A stretch of 64,000 nt of DNA from contig JADGRP010000260.1 in assembly GCA_017880805.1 (NCBI GenBank), positions 588 to 64,587 of the forward strand, given 5' to 3'. Every line of letters starts with the position of its first letter. Position 1 is the first letter of the stretch. The position numbers and the translations under genes were made by a program. The notes under the pieces are model-generated. The model worked only from the letters and a program-made list of their open reading frames with translations. It was not told the DNA's origin and ran no database searches. The DNA is from Burkholderiales bacterium (GTDB taxonomy: Bacteria; Pseudomonadota; Gammaproteobacteria; Burkholderiales; Casimicrobiaceae). Below are positions 53,836 to 62,541 of the stretch, piece by piece.

Positions 53836-54591
53836 TCACGCGCCTGCCCCGTCTCCGAGATACGCCTGCCGCACCGCGGCGCTGCTGCGGATTTGCGCTG
53901 GCGAACCGCTTTCCAGCACCTGGCCATCCACCATGACTGTGATCACGTCGGCCACGGCGAACACCGCATCCATGTCGTGCTCGACCAAAAGAATCGCATG
54001 TCCGGGCGTGAGCTTCTGCAATAGCGCGACCATGCGCCCAACCTCCTCCGCCCCCATGCCGGCCAGCGGCTCATCGAGCAGCAGGACGTCGGGCGCGGTG
54101 GCGAGAACCATCGCGATCTCCAATTGACGCTGCTCACCGTGAGAGAGCGCAGAGGCGATCTGGCCGGCGCGTCCGTCCAATCCAGCTGCCTCGAGCGCGC
54201 GCCGCGCGGCGTCGCACACGGGCTCGTAGCCGAGGGCGTCGGCGAAGACGTGCAGCACACGCGGGGTGCGCGACTGCGCGGCGAGGCGACAATTCTCGAA
54301 CGCGGTGAACGCAGGAAAGATATTCGTCTTCTGATAGCTGCGACCGATACCGATGCGCGAGCGGCGGTCGGCGCTGTAGCGGGTAATGTCATCGCCCTTG
54401 TAGCTTATGCTGCCGGACGAGGCGCGCAGGTCGCCCGAAAGAAGGTTGATCAGCGTCGTCTTCCCCGCGCCGTTGGGGCCGAGCAGCGCGTGCAGCTTAC
54501 CGCGCTGCAGCTCAATTGCCACATTGTTCGCGGCCATGAGGCCGCCGAAGCGACGCGAAAGTCCTTGCGTGCGCAGGACCGCGTCACTCAT
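53836..54591 (-). CDS. ABC transporter ATP-binding protein, LivG-like
   Basis: ORF 53836..54630 trimmed to the ATG at 54591 (8-nt overlap with the permease gene end). GPNGAGKTT, LSHGEQRQLEIA, LLLDEPLAGM. Confidence 0.86.
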   Translation of the reverse strand: MSDAVLRTQGLSRRFGGLMAANNVAIELQRGKLHALLGPNGAGKTTLINLLSGDLRASSGSISYKGDDITRYSADRRSRIGIGRSYQKTNIFPAFTAFENCRLAAQSRTPRVLHVFADALGYEPVCDAARRALEAAGLDGRAGQIASALSHGEQRQLEIAMVLATAPDVLLLDEPLAGMGAEEVGRMVALLQKLTPGHAILLVEHDMDAVFAVADVITVMVDGQVLESGSPAQIRSSAAVRQAYLGDGAGA

Positions 54592-55546
54592 CGTCGGCGT
54601 CTCCGACGAGCGTGCGCTTGAAACGGACACCGACGCTTGCGAGCCCGCCCGGAAGGAATATGACGAGCAGAATGATCGTTACGCCGAGCAACAACTGCCA
54701 GTGCGTCGTGACCGACTGAAAGAGCTCCTGCAACGCCACGAAGGCGAATGCCCCGGCAATCCCGCCGTAGAGGCTACCCACGCCGCCAAGGATCAGCATC
54801 AACAGCACATTCCCGGATTGGTGCCAGGAGATGATCTCGGGGTTCACGAAACCGAATTGCATCGCCGACAGGTAGCCCGCAAGACCGGCGAGCGCACCGG
54901 CGAGGGCAAAGCTGGCGAGCTTATAACGATAAACGGGGAAGCCAAGCGAGCGCATGCGGTGCTCGTTGCTGCGGATGCCCTGCAACGCGCGACCGAAGGC
55001 CGAGCGCAGCAGCACGCGCAGGAAGACGAGCACCAGCAACATCGCTGCGAACACGAAGTAATACGTATGCGTCGCGCTGGCGAGATCGAACGGCGAAAAT
55101 CCGCCGATGCTGGCGACCGGTTTGAAATTCATGCTGATGCCGTCGGAGCCTCCGCCGAACTTCGTATCGTGGAAAACGAAGTAGAACATCTGGGCGAACG
55201 CAAGCGTCACCATGATGAAATAGATTCCCTTCGCGCGCACCACAAACACCCCTACGAGCAGCGCCGCGAGCCCGGCTGCCAGCATGGCCGCCGGGAGCGT
55301 TAGCCAGAGGTTCGCCGCGTCGTATTTCGGCGCCACGAGCCCCAGCGTGTAAGCGCCGATCCCGAAGAACGCCGCGTGGCCGAACGATACGAGTCCCGTA
55401 TACCCGACGAGGAGGTCGAGGCTCATCGCGAAGATCGCCAGAATCATCACCTTGGTGACGAGCTCGGTGTAGAACGTCGCGCCGGCGAACGGGAACGACG
55501 CGAGCAGCGCGAGCGCCACGGCGAACCCGATCCGCTTCCGGCTCAC
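54584..55546 (-). CDS. ABC transporter permease, LivM-like
   Basis: ORF 54584..56212 trimmed to the GTG at 55546, preceded by AGGAG; 320 aa. GYTGLVSFGHAAFFGIGAY. Confidence 0.8.
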   Translation of the reverse strand: MSRKRIGFAVALALLASFPFAGATFYTELVTKVMILAIFAMSLDLLVGYTGLVSFGHAAFFGIGAYTLGLVAPKYDAANLWLTLPAAMLAAGLAALLVGVFVVRAKGIYFIMVTLAFAQMFYFVFHDTKFGGGSDGISMNFKPVASIGGFSPFDLASATHTYYFVFAAMLLVLVFLRVLLRSAFGRALQGIRSNEHRMRSLGFPVYRYKLASFALAGALAGLAGYLSAMQFGFVNPEIISWHQSGNVLLMLILGGVGSLYGGIAGAFAFVALQELFQSVTTHWQLLLGVTIILLVIFLPGGLASVGVRFKRTLVGDADDE

Positions 55547-55587
55547 CGGTCGGCTCCTGACACCTGCCGAAGCGCTGTCAAATGGAC

Positions 55588-56454
55588 TCAGACCCGCCTG
55601 AACAGGCCTTCGGGTCGCCAGAGCAGGATCGCCGCCATCAGCACATAGACGGTAACGCCCGCGGCTTCGGGGATCAGCACCTTGCCGAACGTGTCGGCGA
55701 GACCGATCAACAGAGCCGCCACCAGCGCGCCCCAGATCGAACCGATCCCGCCGATCACCACGACGACGAAGCAGATGATCAGAACCTGTGTCCCCATCCC
55801 CGGATAAACGGACGAGACCGGTGCGGCGATCATTCCGGCAAAGGCCGCGAGGGCCACGCCGAGGGCAAATACGAGACGGTAGACCAGATTGATATTGATG
55901 CCGAGCGATTGCACCATCTCGCGGTTCGACGCTCCGGCACGAATCATCATTCCGATCCGCGTGCGGCGGATCAGGAAGTACAGCAGGGCCGCCAGCAGGA
56001 CGCACACCGCAGACATGAATAGGCGGTACACCGGGTAGGAGAGCGTATCGGTGAGCGGCAGCGACCAGTTGAGGATGTCGGGCACGTTGACACCGTGCAC
56101 ATCGTTGCCGACGATGATGCTGCGCAATTCCTCGAACACGAGGATCAGGCCGTACGTCAGCAGGACCTGCTCCAGGTGGTCGCGCTTGTACAGGTGGCTG
56201 AACAGCGCCCACTCGAGCACGACGCCCAACAGCACGGAAAGCACCGTCCCGAGAACGATCGCGACAAACAGGCTCCCAGTGAGTGACGCCAGGGAAAACG
56301 CCATGTACGCGCCGATCATGTAGAAGCTGCCGTGGGCGAGATTGATGATGCCCATGATGCCGAAGATCAACGTGAGACCGCTTGCGACCAGGAACAGCAG
56401 CAACCCGTACTGGACGCTGTTCAGAAGCTGGATCAGGAACGAGTAGACGTCCAC
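55588..56454 (-). CDS. ABC transporter permease, LivH-like
   Basis: ORF 55588..56481 has a TTG start; I prefer the GTG at 56454 (VDVYSFLIQLLNSVQYGLLLFLVASGLTLIFG..INLAHGSF). The start is uncertain. Confidence 0.82.
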   Translation of the reverse strand: MDVYSFLIQLLNSVQYGLLLFLVASGLTLIFGIMGIINLAHGSFYMIGAYMAFSLASLTGSLFVAIVLGTVLSVLLGVVLEWALFSHLYKRDHLEQVLLTYGLILVFEELRSIIVGNDVHGVNVPDILNWSLPLTDTLSYPVYRLFMSAVCVLLAALLYFLIRRTRIGMMIRAGASNREMVQSLGININLVYRLVFALGVALAAFAGMIAAPVSSVYPGMGTQVLIICFVVVVIGGIGSIWGALVAALLIGLADTFGKVLIPEAAGVTVYVLMAAILLWRPEGLFRRV

Positions 56455-56479
56455 GCGAGCGCTCCAGCGTAGGGCAGAC

Positions 56480-56511
56480 AAAAAAAGCGGGCAGGCGACG
56501 CGCCTGCCCGC
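56480..56511 (-). terminator. Rho-independent terminator/attenuator between the solute-binding-protein gene and the permease genes
   Basis: Minus-strand reading: GCGGGCAGGCG-cgt-CGCCTGCCCGC followed by TTTTTTT, beginning 14 nt after the binding-protein stop (56525). Confidence 0.7.
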
Positions 56512-56524
56512 GTCATGCCAGGCT

Positions 56525-57742
56525 TTAGAGCTTGCAACCCCGCGCCGGGTCGGTCAAGCCCTTGATCGCGACACTGACCACCTTGTTTTCCTTGCCCTCG
56601 ACCTTGCGCAGATAAATGTCCTGCACCGGGTTGTGGGCCTTGGAAAGCGTAAAAGGCCCTCGGGGGCTGTCGATTTTCGCCGCTTCCATCGCGGCGACGA
56701 GTTCGCCACGCTTGCCAACGTCGCCTTTGACCGCGGCGAGGCCCGTGTTCAGCAGTTGCGCTGCATCGTAGCCTTGTACCGCGTAAACGTCGGGCTCGGC
56801 CTTATAAGCTTTGGAATACGCGGCGCGGAACCTCTTGTCCTTGGGGTTGGAGAGACCGTCGGCGTAATGCAGCGTCGTCAGCAGGCCCTGCGCAGAATCG
56901 CCCTGTGCGTCAAGTGTGCCGTCGGTCAGGAATCCGGCCCCGACGAGCGGGATCGAGCTCTTGAGCCCGGCGGCCGCGTAATCCTTGACGAACTTGACCG
57001 CACCGCCCCCGGCGAAGAAGACGTAGACCACGTCCGGCTTGAGCGAAGCGATTTCGGTCAGATACGGCTGAAACTCGACCTGCGGGAAAGGCAGCGACAG
57101 CTCCTTGACGACTTTGCCGCCGCCTTGCTCGAAGCCTTCCTTGAAGCCGCCGACCGATTCGTCCCCGGCGGCGTACTTCCACGTAAACGTAACCGCAGTC
57201 TTCTTCTTCTGATCCGCCGCGACCTTGCCCATCGCGTAACCGGGTTGCCAGTTGGAGAACGACGTGCGGAAGATGTTAGCCGCGCAGAGCGGGCCGGTGA
57301 TCTCGTCCGCCCCCGCGTTCGGGATGATGAGCAGCGTGTTGTTGTCGCGGGCCACCTTTGCCATCGCCAGCGCTACGCCCGAGTGCACGGTACCGACCAG
57401 GACATCGACCTTGTCGCGTTTGATCAGCTTGTTGGCGTTTTCGGGCGCCTTTGCCGGGTCGGATTCGTCGTCGACCGTAAAGTACTCGATCTCGCGCCCG
57501 CCAAGCGTGCCTCCACTTTCCTCGACGGCGAGCTTGAATCCATTGGTGATTGCGTTGCCCAACGCAGCGTAGGTGCCGGTGTAGGGCAGCATCAGCCCAA
57601 TCTTAACCTTCGTGGGCTGCTGCGCCAGAGTCGACGCGGCGGGAAGCATCATGCCCGCCGTCGCGAAAAGCGCGGCGGCAGTCACCCTGCAAACGCGGCG
57701 CCGCGCGCCACTGATATTCGAACGATGCTGCGATCGCTTCAT
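56525..57742 (-). CDS. ABC transporter periplasmic solute-binding protein (LivK-like; probable benzoate-type aromatic acid binding)
   Basis: ORF 56525..57817 trimmed to the ATG at 57742, preceded by AGGAGG; 405 aa. Signal peptide (AAALFATAGMMLPAASTLAQQ). Lies directly downstream of the benzoate-CoA ligase gene. Confidence 0.85.
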   Translation of the reverse strand: MKRSQHRSNISGARRRVCRVTAAALFATAGMMLPAASTLAQQPTKVKIGLMLPYTGTYAALGNAITNGFKLAVEESGGTLGGREIEYFTVDDESDPAKAPENANKLIKRDKVDVLVGTVHSGVALAMAKVARDNNTLLIIPNAGADEITGPLCAANIFRTSFSNWQPGYAMGKVAADQKKKTAVTFTWKYAAGDESVGGFKEGFEQGGGKVVKELSLPFPQVEFQPYLTEIASLKPDVVYVFFAGGGAVKFVKDYAAAGLKSSIPLVGAGFLTDGTLDAQGDSAQGLLTTLHYADGLSNPKDKRFRAAYSKAYKAEPDVYAVQGYDAAQLLNTGLAAVKGDVGKRGELVAAMEAAKIDSPRGPFTLSKAHNPVQDIYLRKVEGKENKVVSVAIKGLTDPARGCKL

Positions 57743-57813
57743 GGCAAATTCCTCCTGTGCCTTTCTCTTGCCGTTTTGGAAGCGCGTAGCAAAGGCACGC
57801 TCCCCCGATGATC

Positions 57814-59415
57814 TCAAGGCGCTCGCTGGCGTAACTTGAAGCGTTGGATCTTACCAGTGGCGGTCTTGGGCAATTCGTCGATGAACTCGATCCAGCGTGG
57901 ATATTTGTAGGGCGCAAGGCGCGACTTGACGTGCTTTCGCAATTCGTCGGCCAGCGCGTCCGACGGCGCATGGCCTGCCTTTAGCACGACGTAAGCAACT
58001 GGCTTGATCAATTCTTCGTCATCCTTCTTGCCGATCACCGCCGCCTCGAGCACGGAGGGATGGGTAATGAGTGCGGATTCGACTTCGACCGGCGACACAT
58101 AGATACCGCTGACCTTGAGCATGTCGTCGGTTCGGCCCGCGTAAATGAAAAAACCCTCGCCGTCGACCGAGTACTTGTCGCCGCTGCGGGTCCACGGCCC
58201 TTGGAATGTGTCTCGACTCTTCTCGCGATTGTTCCAGTACGCCAACGCGCTCGTCGGTCCGGAGATCTGCAGTTCGCCCACCTGCCCCTGCGCAACCGGA
58301 TGGCCATCGTCGCCCAGAATCCTAAGCTCGTAGCCTGGCACCGGTGTGCCGCTGGTCCCGTAGTGTACGTTCCCGGCGCGATTCGAAAGGAAGATATGCA
58401 GCATTTCCGTGGAACCCAGGCCGTCGAGAATCTCGACGCCGAAATGATCGGTCCAACGCTTTCCGATATCCGCGGGAAGTGCCTCGCCGGCGGACGTGCA
58501 GCGGCGCAGCCGGAGTTCGTCGCGTTGCGGGAGATCCGGGCTCGCCAACAGCGCGGCGAAGAGCGTCGGCACGCCGTAAAAAATCGTAGGCTGGTGCTTC
58601 TTGAGCCGTGCGAAGACAGCTGGGGGCGTCGGACGCTCGGCCATCAGCACCGTGGTAGCACCTACTGAAAGTGGAAACGTGAGTCCGTTGCCGAGGCCAT
58701 AGGCGAAAAAGAGCTTCGCGGCCGAGAAGACGACATCGTCCTCGCGAATGCCGAGGATCGGCCACGCGTAAAGCTCAGCCGTGGAAATCAGGCTCGAATG
58801 CATGTGCACGGTGCCCTTTGGCGCGCCGGTCGAACCAGACGAGTACAGCCAGAAACACACGTCGTCGCACGTTGTCGCTGCGGGTGCAAACCCGGTGCCA
58901 GCGTGCGCGAGCAGCTTGGAGAACGACTCGTGCCCGACGAACCCTTCTTCGTCGGCCGTACCGGATACGATCACGTGCTTGAGATGTGGGAGCCGCCCAA
59001 GCAGCGGCGCAAAGACCGATAGCAACGGCGCCGAGACAATCAGCGCATGCGCGCGGCTGTCCCGAAGCATGTACTCGTAGTCCGCGGTCGTGAGTAGCGT
59101 GTTGGCCGCGATAGGCACGATGCCCGCCTTAATGCTGCCGAGAAACGCCGTCGGAAAATCGATGGTGTCGAGAATGCACAGGAGCACGCGCTGCTCCGAC
59201 TCGAGGCCGAGACTGATCATTGCGTTGGCGCAACGGTTCACGCGTTCCGCGAGCTCTCCATACGTGTATCTCCCCTTGTCGTCGATGTAAGCGGTCTTGC
59301 CCGAGCGGCCCGCCAGAAGATTGCGCTCGATCAGGTCGTGGGCGGCGTTGTAGTCTCGCGGCATGTCGATCCGCGGCGGGCTCGCGCGATGATCGGTGGT
59401 GCTGAGTCCCGGCAT
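57814..59415 (-). CDS. bclA: Benzoate-CoA ligase
   Basis: 533 aa, SD AGGAGGAG. YNAAHDLIERNLLAGR is a benzoate-CoA-ligase-type N-terminus. YSSGSTGAPKG, GLGSTEM, GRTDDMLKVSGIYVSPVEVE, PKTATGKIQRF. Followed by an ABC importer, as in Thauera/Azoarcus clusters. Confidence 0.85.
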   Translation of the reverse strand: MPGLSTTDHRASPPRIDMPRDYNAAHDLIERNLLAGRSGKTAYIDDKGRYTYGELAERVNRCANAMISLGLESEQRVLLCILDTIDFPTAFLGSIKAGIVPIAANTLLTTADYEYMLRDSRAHALIVSAPLLSVFAPLLGRLPHLKHVIVSGTADEEGFVGHESFSKLLAHAGTGFAPAATTCDDVCFWLYSSGSTGAPKGTVHMHSSLISTAELYAWPILGIREDDVVFSAAKLFFAYGLGNGLTFPLSVGATTVLMAERPTPPAVFARLKKHQPTIFYGVPTLFAALLASPDLPQRDELRLRRCTSAGEALPADIGKRWTDHFGVEILDGLGSTEMLHIFLSNRAGNVHYGTSGTPVPGYELRILGDDGHPVAQGQVGELQISGPTSALAYWNNREKSRDTFQGPWTRSGDKYSVDGEGFFIYAGRTDDMLKVSGIYVSPVEVESALITHPSVLEAAVIGKKDDEELIKPVAYVVLKAGHAPSDALADELRKHVKSRLAPYKYPRWIEFIDELPKTATGKIQRFKLRQRAP

Positions 59416-59739
59416 GGCTGGCTCCTCCTGCGTTTCTTGTTGCGGTGCCCTGAATTCGTCGTTCAGTCCCGGGCAACGTCGATCGAGGCCTGCGGCATTA
59501 GGTAAAGGACTAGGGCCTTGCCTTCACCGACAGGCCGCCGGTGCGCGCTGCCGGGCGCATATACAAGCCGGCCACTCCCATGACCGTCGAATTTTACCAC
59601 CCCGCCCAAGGGCATGATCATGTCGATCTCTCCGTTGGGGCTTCCCGCCCAGGGTTCAAACGCAGGCCTTCACATCAGCAGTTCGACAGGCGGAAGCCAA
59701 AATCATCCCAGGCTTGCGCACAATCGCTCTCGGGGACGA

Positions 59740-59777
59740 CAGTTCGCGCAAGATGGGACGGCAGTTTGCGCAAGACA
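59740..59777 (+). promoter_or_regulatory. Two 16-bp direct repeats, period 22 bp, each containing a TT(C/T)GCGCAA palindrome (candidate operator)
   Basis: cagttcgcgcaagatg (59740-59755) and cagtttgcgcaagaca (59762-59777), 13/16 identical. A third TTGCGCA lies at 59714-59720. All sit within the 612-bp bclA / nfnA-like divergent region. Confidence 0.35.
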
Positions 59778-60027
59778 TGACACAGATCAAATTTCTGGGG
59801 GGTACGGGGCTTGCCGCGGGTGCACTCCGGCGTAGCATGAAGCCTGAGCGAGATAAAGTTTTTCCCGTCATTGCAACCAATGTACAAAATGGATGGCCCG
59901 AACGAGCCGCACGGTGGAAGCCGCGTGATCCTGCGCAGCGTCGGTACTCATGCCGACGCTCGGTGCGAATGTGACGCCGGCGTGCAGCGACGCATGTTGC
60001 TGCGGAACCGATTTGAGGACGCACGCG

Positions 60028-60984
60028 ATGTCAAGATTTGAAATCGTGGCTCGGAAGGATTTCTCCGATGTCACGTACCTGCTGGAGATCAGTCACCCGC
60101 TGATGGCGAAGGCGGCAAGGCCGGGCCAATTCGTGATCGTGATGGCGAATGAACGGGGCGAGCGTATACCGCTGACCATCGCCGATTTCGACCGCGACAA
60201 GGGGACGATCACCGTCGTGATCCAGGCGGTCGGCAAAACCACCCGCGAGATGCAGCAGCAGTGCACGGTCGGAACAACGCTCCATGCAGTGGTCGGTCCG
60301 ATGGGAATTCCCAGTCCGATCGGCAAAGCGAAGAAGGTGCTGTGCGTCGGTGGAGGGCTTGGCGTGGCGCCGATCTTTCCGCAAGCCCGCGCTTTCAAGG
60401 AAAGCGGCGCCTACGTGATCGGCGTCGTCGGTTTCCGGAACCGCGACTTGGTGTTCTGGGATGACAAGTTCCGATCGTGTTGCGACGAATTCATCCTGTG
60501 CACCGACGACGGATCCGAGGGGATCAAGGGAACGGTCGCGGAGGGTATCCGTCGCGCCATCGAAAAACACCACGACATCGACGAATGCGTGGCGATCGGA
60601 CCGCCGATAATGATGAAGGGCTGCGCCGAAGCGACGAGGCCCCACAAGATCAAGACGGTAGTGAGCCTAAACCCGTTGATGGTCGACGGTACGGGAATGT
60701 GCGGGGGCTGCCGGGTGAAGGTTGGTGGGCAGGTGAAATTCGCGTGCGTCGACGGGCCGGATTTCGACGGCCACGAGGTCGACTTCGACGACCTCATGTC
60801 GCGCCTTCGGCGCTTCGCCAAAGAAGAGAAGACCGCTACGGAGCGTTGGTCGGAAAGCTGTCGCATGAAGGACCGGCCCGGTCTCGTTTCACTCGCCTCG
60901 CAGTCGCCCGCGCACGCCGCGGATGATGAACCGAATGAGCTCCTCGAGCTACCCGATCCCTTTGAAGAAGTGAAAGGGGGTTAG
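60028..60984 (+). CDS. NfnA/SudB-like FAD + [2Fe-2S] subunit of an NAD(P)H:ferredoxin oxidoreductase
   Basis: ORF 59950..60984 trimmed to the ATG at 60028, preceded by GAGGA; 318 aa. RIPLTIADF (FAD), GGGLGVAPI (NAD(P)), GTGMCGGCRV...FACVDGP ([2Fe-2S]). Confidence 0.75.
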   Translation: MSRFEIVARKDFSDVTYLLEISHPLMAKAARPGQFVIVMANERGERIPLTIADFDRDKGTITVVIQAVGKTTREMQQQCTVGTTLHAVVGPMGIPSPIGKAKKVLCVGGGLGVAPIFPQARAFKESGAYVIGVVGFRNRDLVFWDDKFRSCCDEFILCTDDGSEGIKGTVAEGIRRAIEKHHDIDECVAIGPPIMMKGCAEATRPHKIKTVVSLNPLMVDGTGMCGGCRVKVGGQVKFACVDGPDFDGHEVDFDDLMSRLRRFAKEEKTATERWSESCRMKDRPGLVSLASQSPAHAADDEPNELLELPDPFEEVKGG

Positions 60985-62541
60985 GTGGCGAAGAAACGGA
61001 CCATACGCACGATTCCGCAGCGGCGGACACCTGTGCGCGAGCAGGACCCGCACGAGCGGGTAAAGAACTTTGGCGAAGTGTCCTGCGGTTATGGCCAGGA
61101 AGACGCGCTTGTCGAGGCCGAGCGCTGTCTGCTGTGCCCCGAGCAGCCCTGCGTGAGCGGTTGCCCGGTAGGGATCAACATCCCGAAATTCATCCAGAAG
61201 ATCAGCGACAAGGATTTCCGCGGTGCCTACGACGTGATCACCGCCACGAATCTTTTGCCCGCGGTATGCGGCCGCGTCTGCCCGCAGGAAAGCCAGTGCG
61301 AAGGCGTTTGCACGGTGGGCGACACCCTTGAACCCGTGGCCATCGGCCGCCTCGAGCGCTGGGTCGGCGATACCGCAATCGCGGAAGGCTGGGTCAATGT
61401 GCCCTATATCGAGCCCGCCGGGCTCAAGGTGGGGATCGTCGGTTCCGGGCCCGCCGGCATGGCGTGCGCGGCCGACATGGCCAAGGCGGGTTGCGATGTG
61501 ACCGTATACGAAGCTTTCCACCTGCCCGGCGGTGTATTGCGATACGGCATCCCCGATTTCCGCCTTCCCAACGACGTAGTCGACGCCGAAATCAGGAACC
61601 TCGCCAAGCTCGGCGTCAAGTTCGAGTGCAACACGCTGGTCGGGCGCCTGTTCTCTATCGAGCAAATGATCGACGAGTTGGGCTTCCACGCCGTATTCGT
61701 CGGCACGGGAGCCGGGTATCCGACGATGCTGGGGATTCCAGGTGATTCACTGAACGGAGTGCTTTCGGCCAACGAGCTCCTGACGCGCTGCAATCTGATG
61801 CGCGCGAAGGATTTCCCGGACTACGATACCCCGCTGCCGCTCGGCAGGCGCGTAGCAGTCGTCGGTGCCGGCAACACCGCAATGGACGCAATGCGGGTCT
61901 GCTTGAGGCTCGGTGCGCAGGAGGTCTATTGCATCTATCGGCGCAGCCGCGCGGAATGCCCGGCGCGGGCCGAAGAGGTCCACCACGCCGAGGAGGAAGG
62001 TGTCGAATTCCACTGGTTGACCAATCCGGTTGCAATCCTCGACGACGGCAAGGGTGGCGTCCGCGGCATGCGCTGCGTCCGCATGGAGCTGGGCGAGCCC
62101 GACGATTCGGGCCGGCGCCGGCCGGTTGCGGTCGCGGGCAGCGAACACGACATCGAGACCGACCTGGTGGTCTTCGCGATCGGGACGAACGCAAATCCGA
62201 TCATGGGCCAGACCTCGAAGCTCAAGCTAAACAAACGCGGGTACATCGACACTGACGCTACGCTTGCGACTTCCATTGCAGGCGTGTTTGCCGGCGGCGA
62301 CATCGTCACCGGCGCCGCGACGGTGATCGAGGCAATGGGCGCGGGCCGCAAAGCCGCGCGCAGCATGAAAGCCTATCTCGGCCTGCGCGATGCCGACGCA
62401 CCATACGCAAGTGAAGGCAAGGGCAAGACCGGCAAGCTATTCGGGATCGATCTGAAGGAAAGGAACTTCGTGCGGATCCGCGTCGCCACGGCTGGTTCCG
62501 GCGCCGCGAGCGCGTTTCATGCGGGTTTGCCAAACACATGA
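60985..62541 (+). CDS. NfnB / glutamate-synthase-small-subunit-like (GltD family) FAD, 2x[4Fe-4S] NAD(P)H oxidoreductase subunit
   Basis: 518 aa, GTG start preceded by GAAAGGGGG. CLLCPEQPCVSGCP and CGRVCPQESQCEGVC. Dinucleotide folds IVGSGPAGMACA and VVGAGNTAMD. Confidence 0.8.
   Translation: MAKKRTIRTIPQRRTPVREQDPHERVKNFGEVSCGYGQEDALVEAERCLLCPEQPCVSGCPVGINIPKFIQKISDKDFRGAYDVITATNLLPAVCGRVCPQESQCEGVCTVGDTLEPVAIGRLERWVGDTAIAEGWVNVPYIEPAGLKVGIVGSGPAGMACAADMAKAGCDVTVYEAFHLPGGVLRYGIPDFRLPNDVVDAEIRNLAKLGVKFECNTLVGRLFSIEQMIDELGFHAVFVGTGAGYPTMLGIPGDSLNGVLSANELLTRCNLMRAKDFPDYDTPLPLGRRVAVVGAGNTAMDAMRVCLRLGAQEVYCIYRRSRAECPARAEEVHHAEEEGVEFHWLTNPVAILDDGKGGVRGMRCVRMELGEPDDSGRRRPVAVAGSEHDIETDLVVFAIGTNANPIMGQTSKLKLNKRGYIDTDATLATSIAGVFAGGDIVTGAATVIEAMGAGRKAARSMKAYLGLRDADAPYASEGKGKTGKLFGIDLKERNFVRIRVATAGSGAASAFHAGLPNT

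Noticed and set aside
59777-59790. aTGAC-ACAG-ATCAA as an additional Fnr box
   Set aside because: Only one half-site is good and no -10-like hexamer lies at an appropriate distance in either direction. It is mentioned in the bclA/nfnA region finding but not counted among the boxes.
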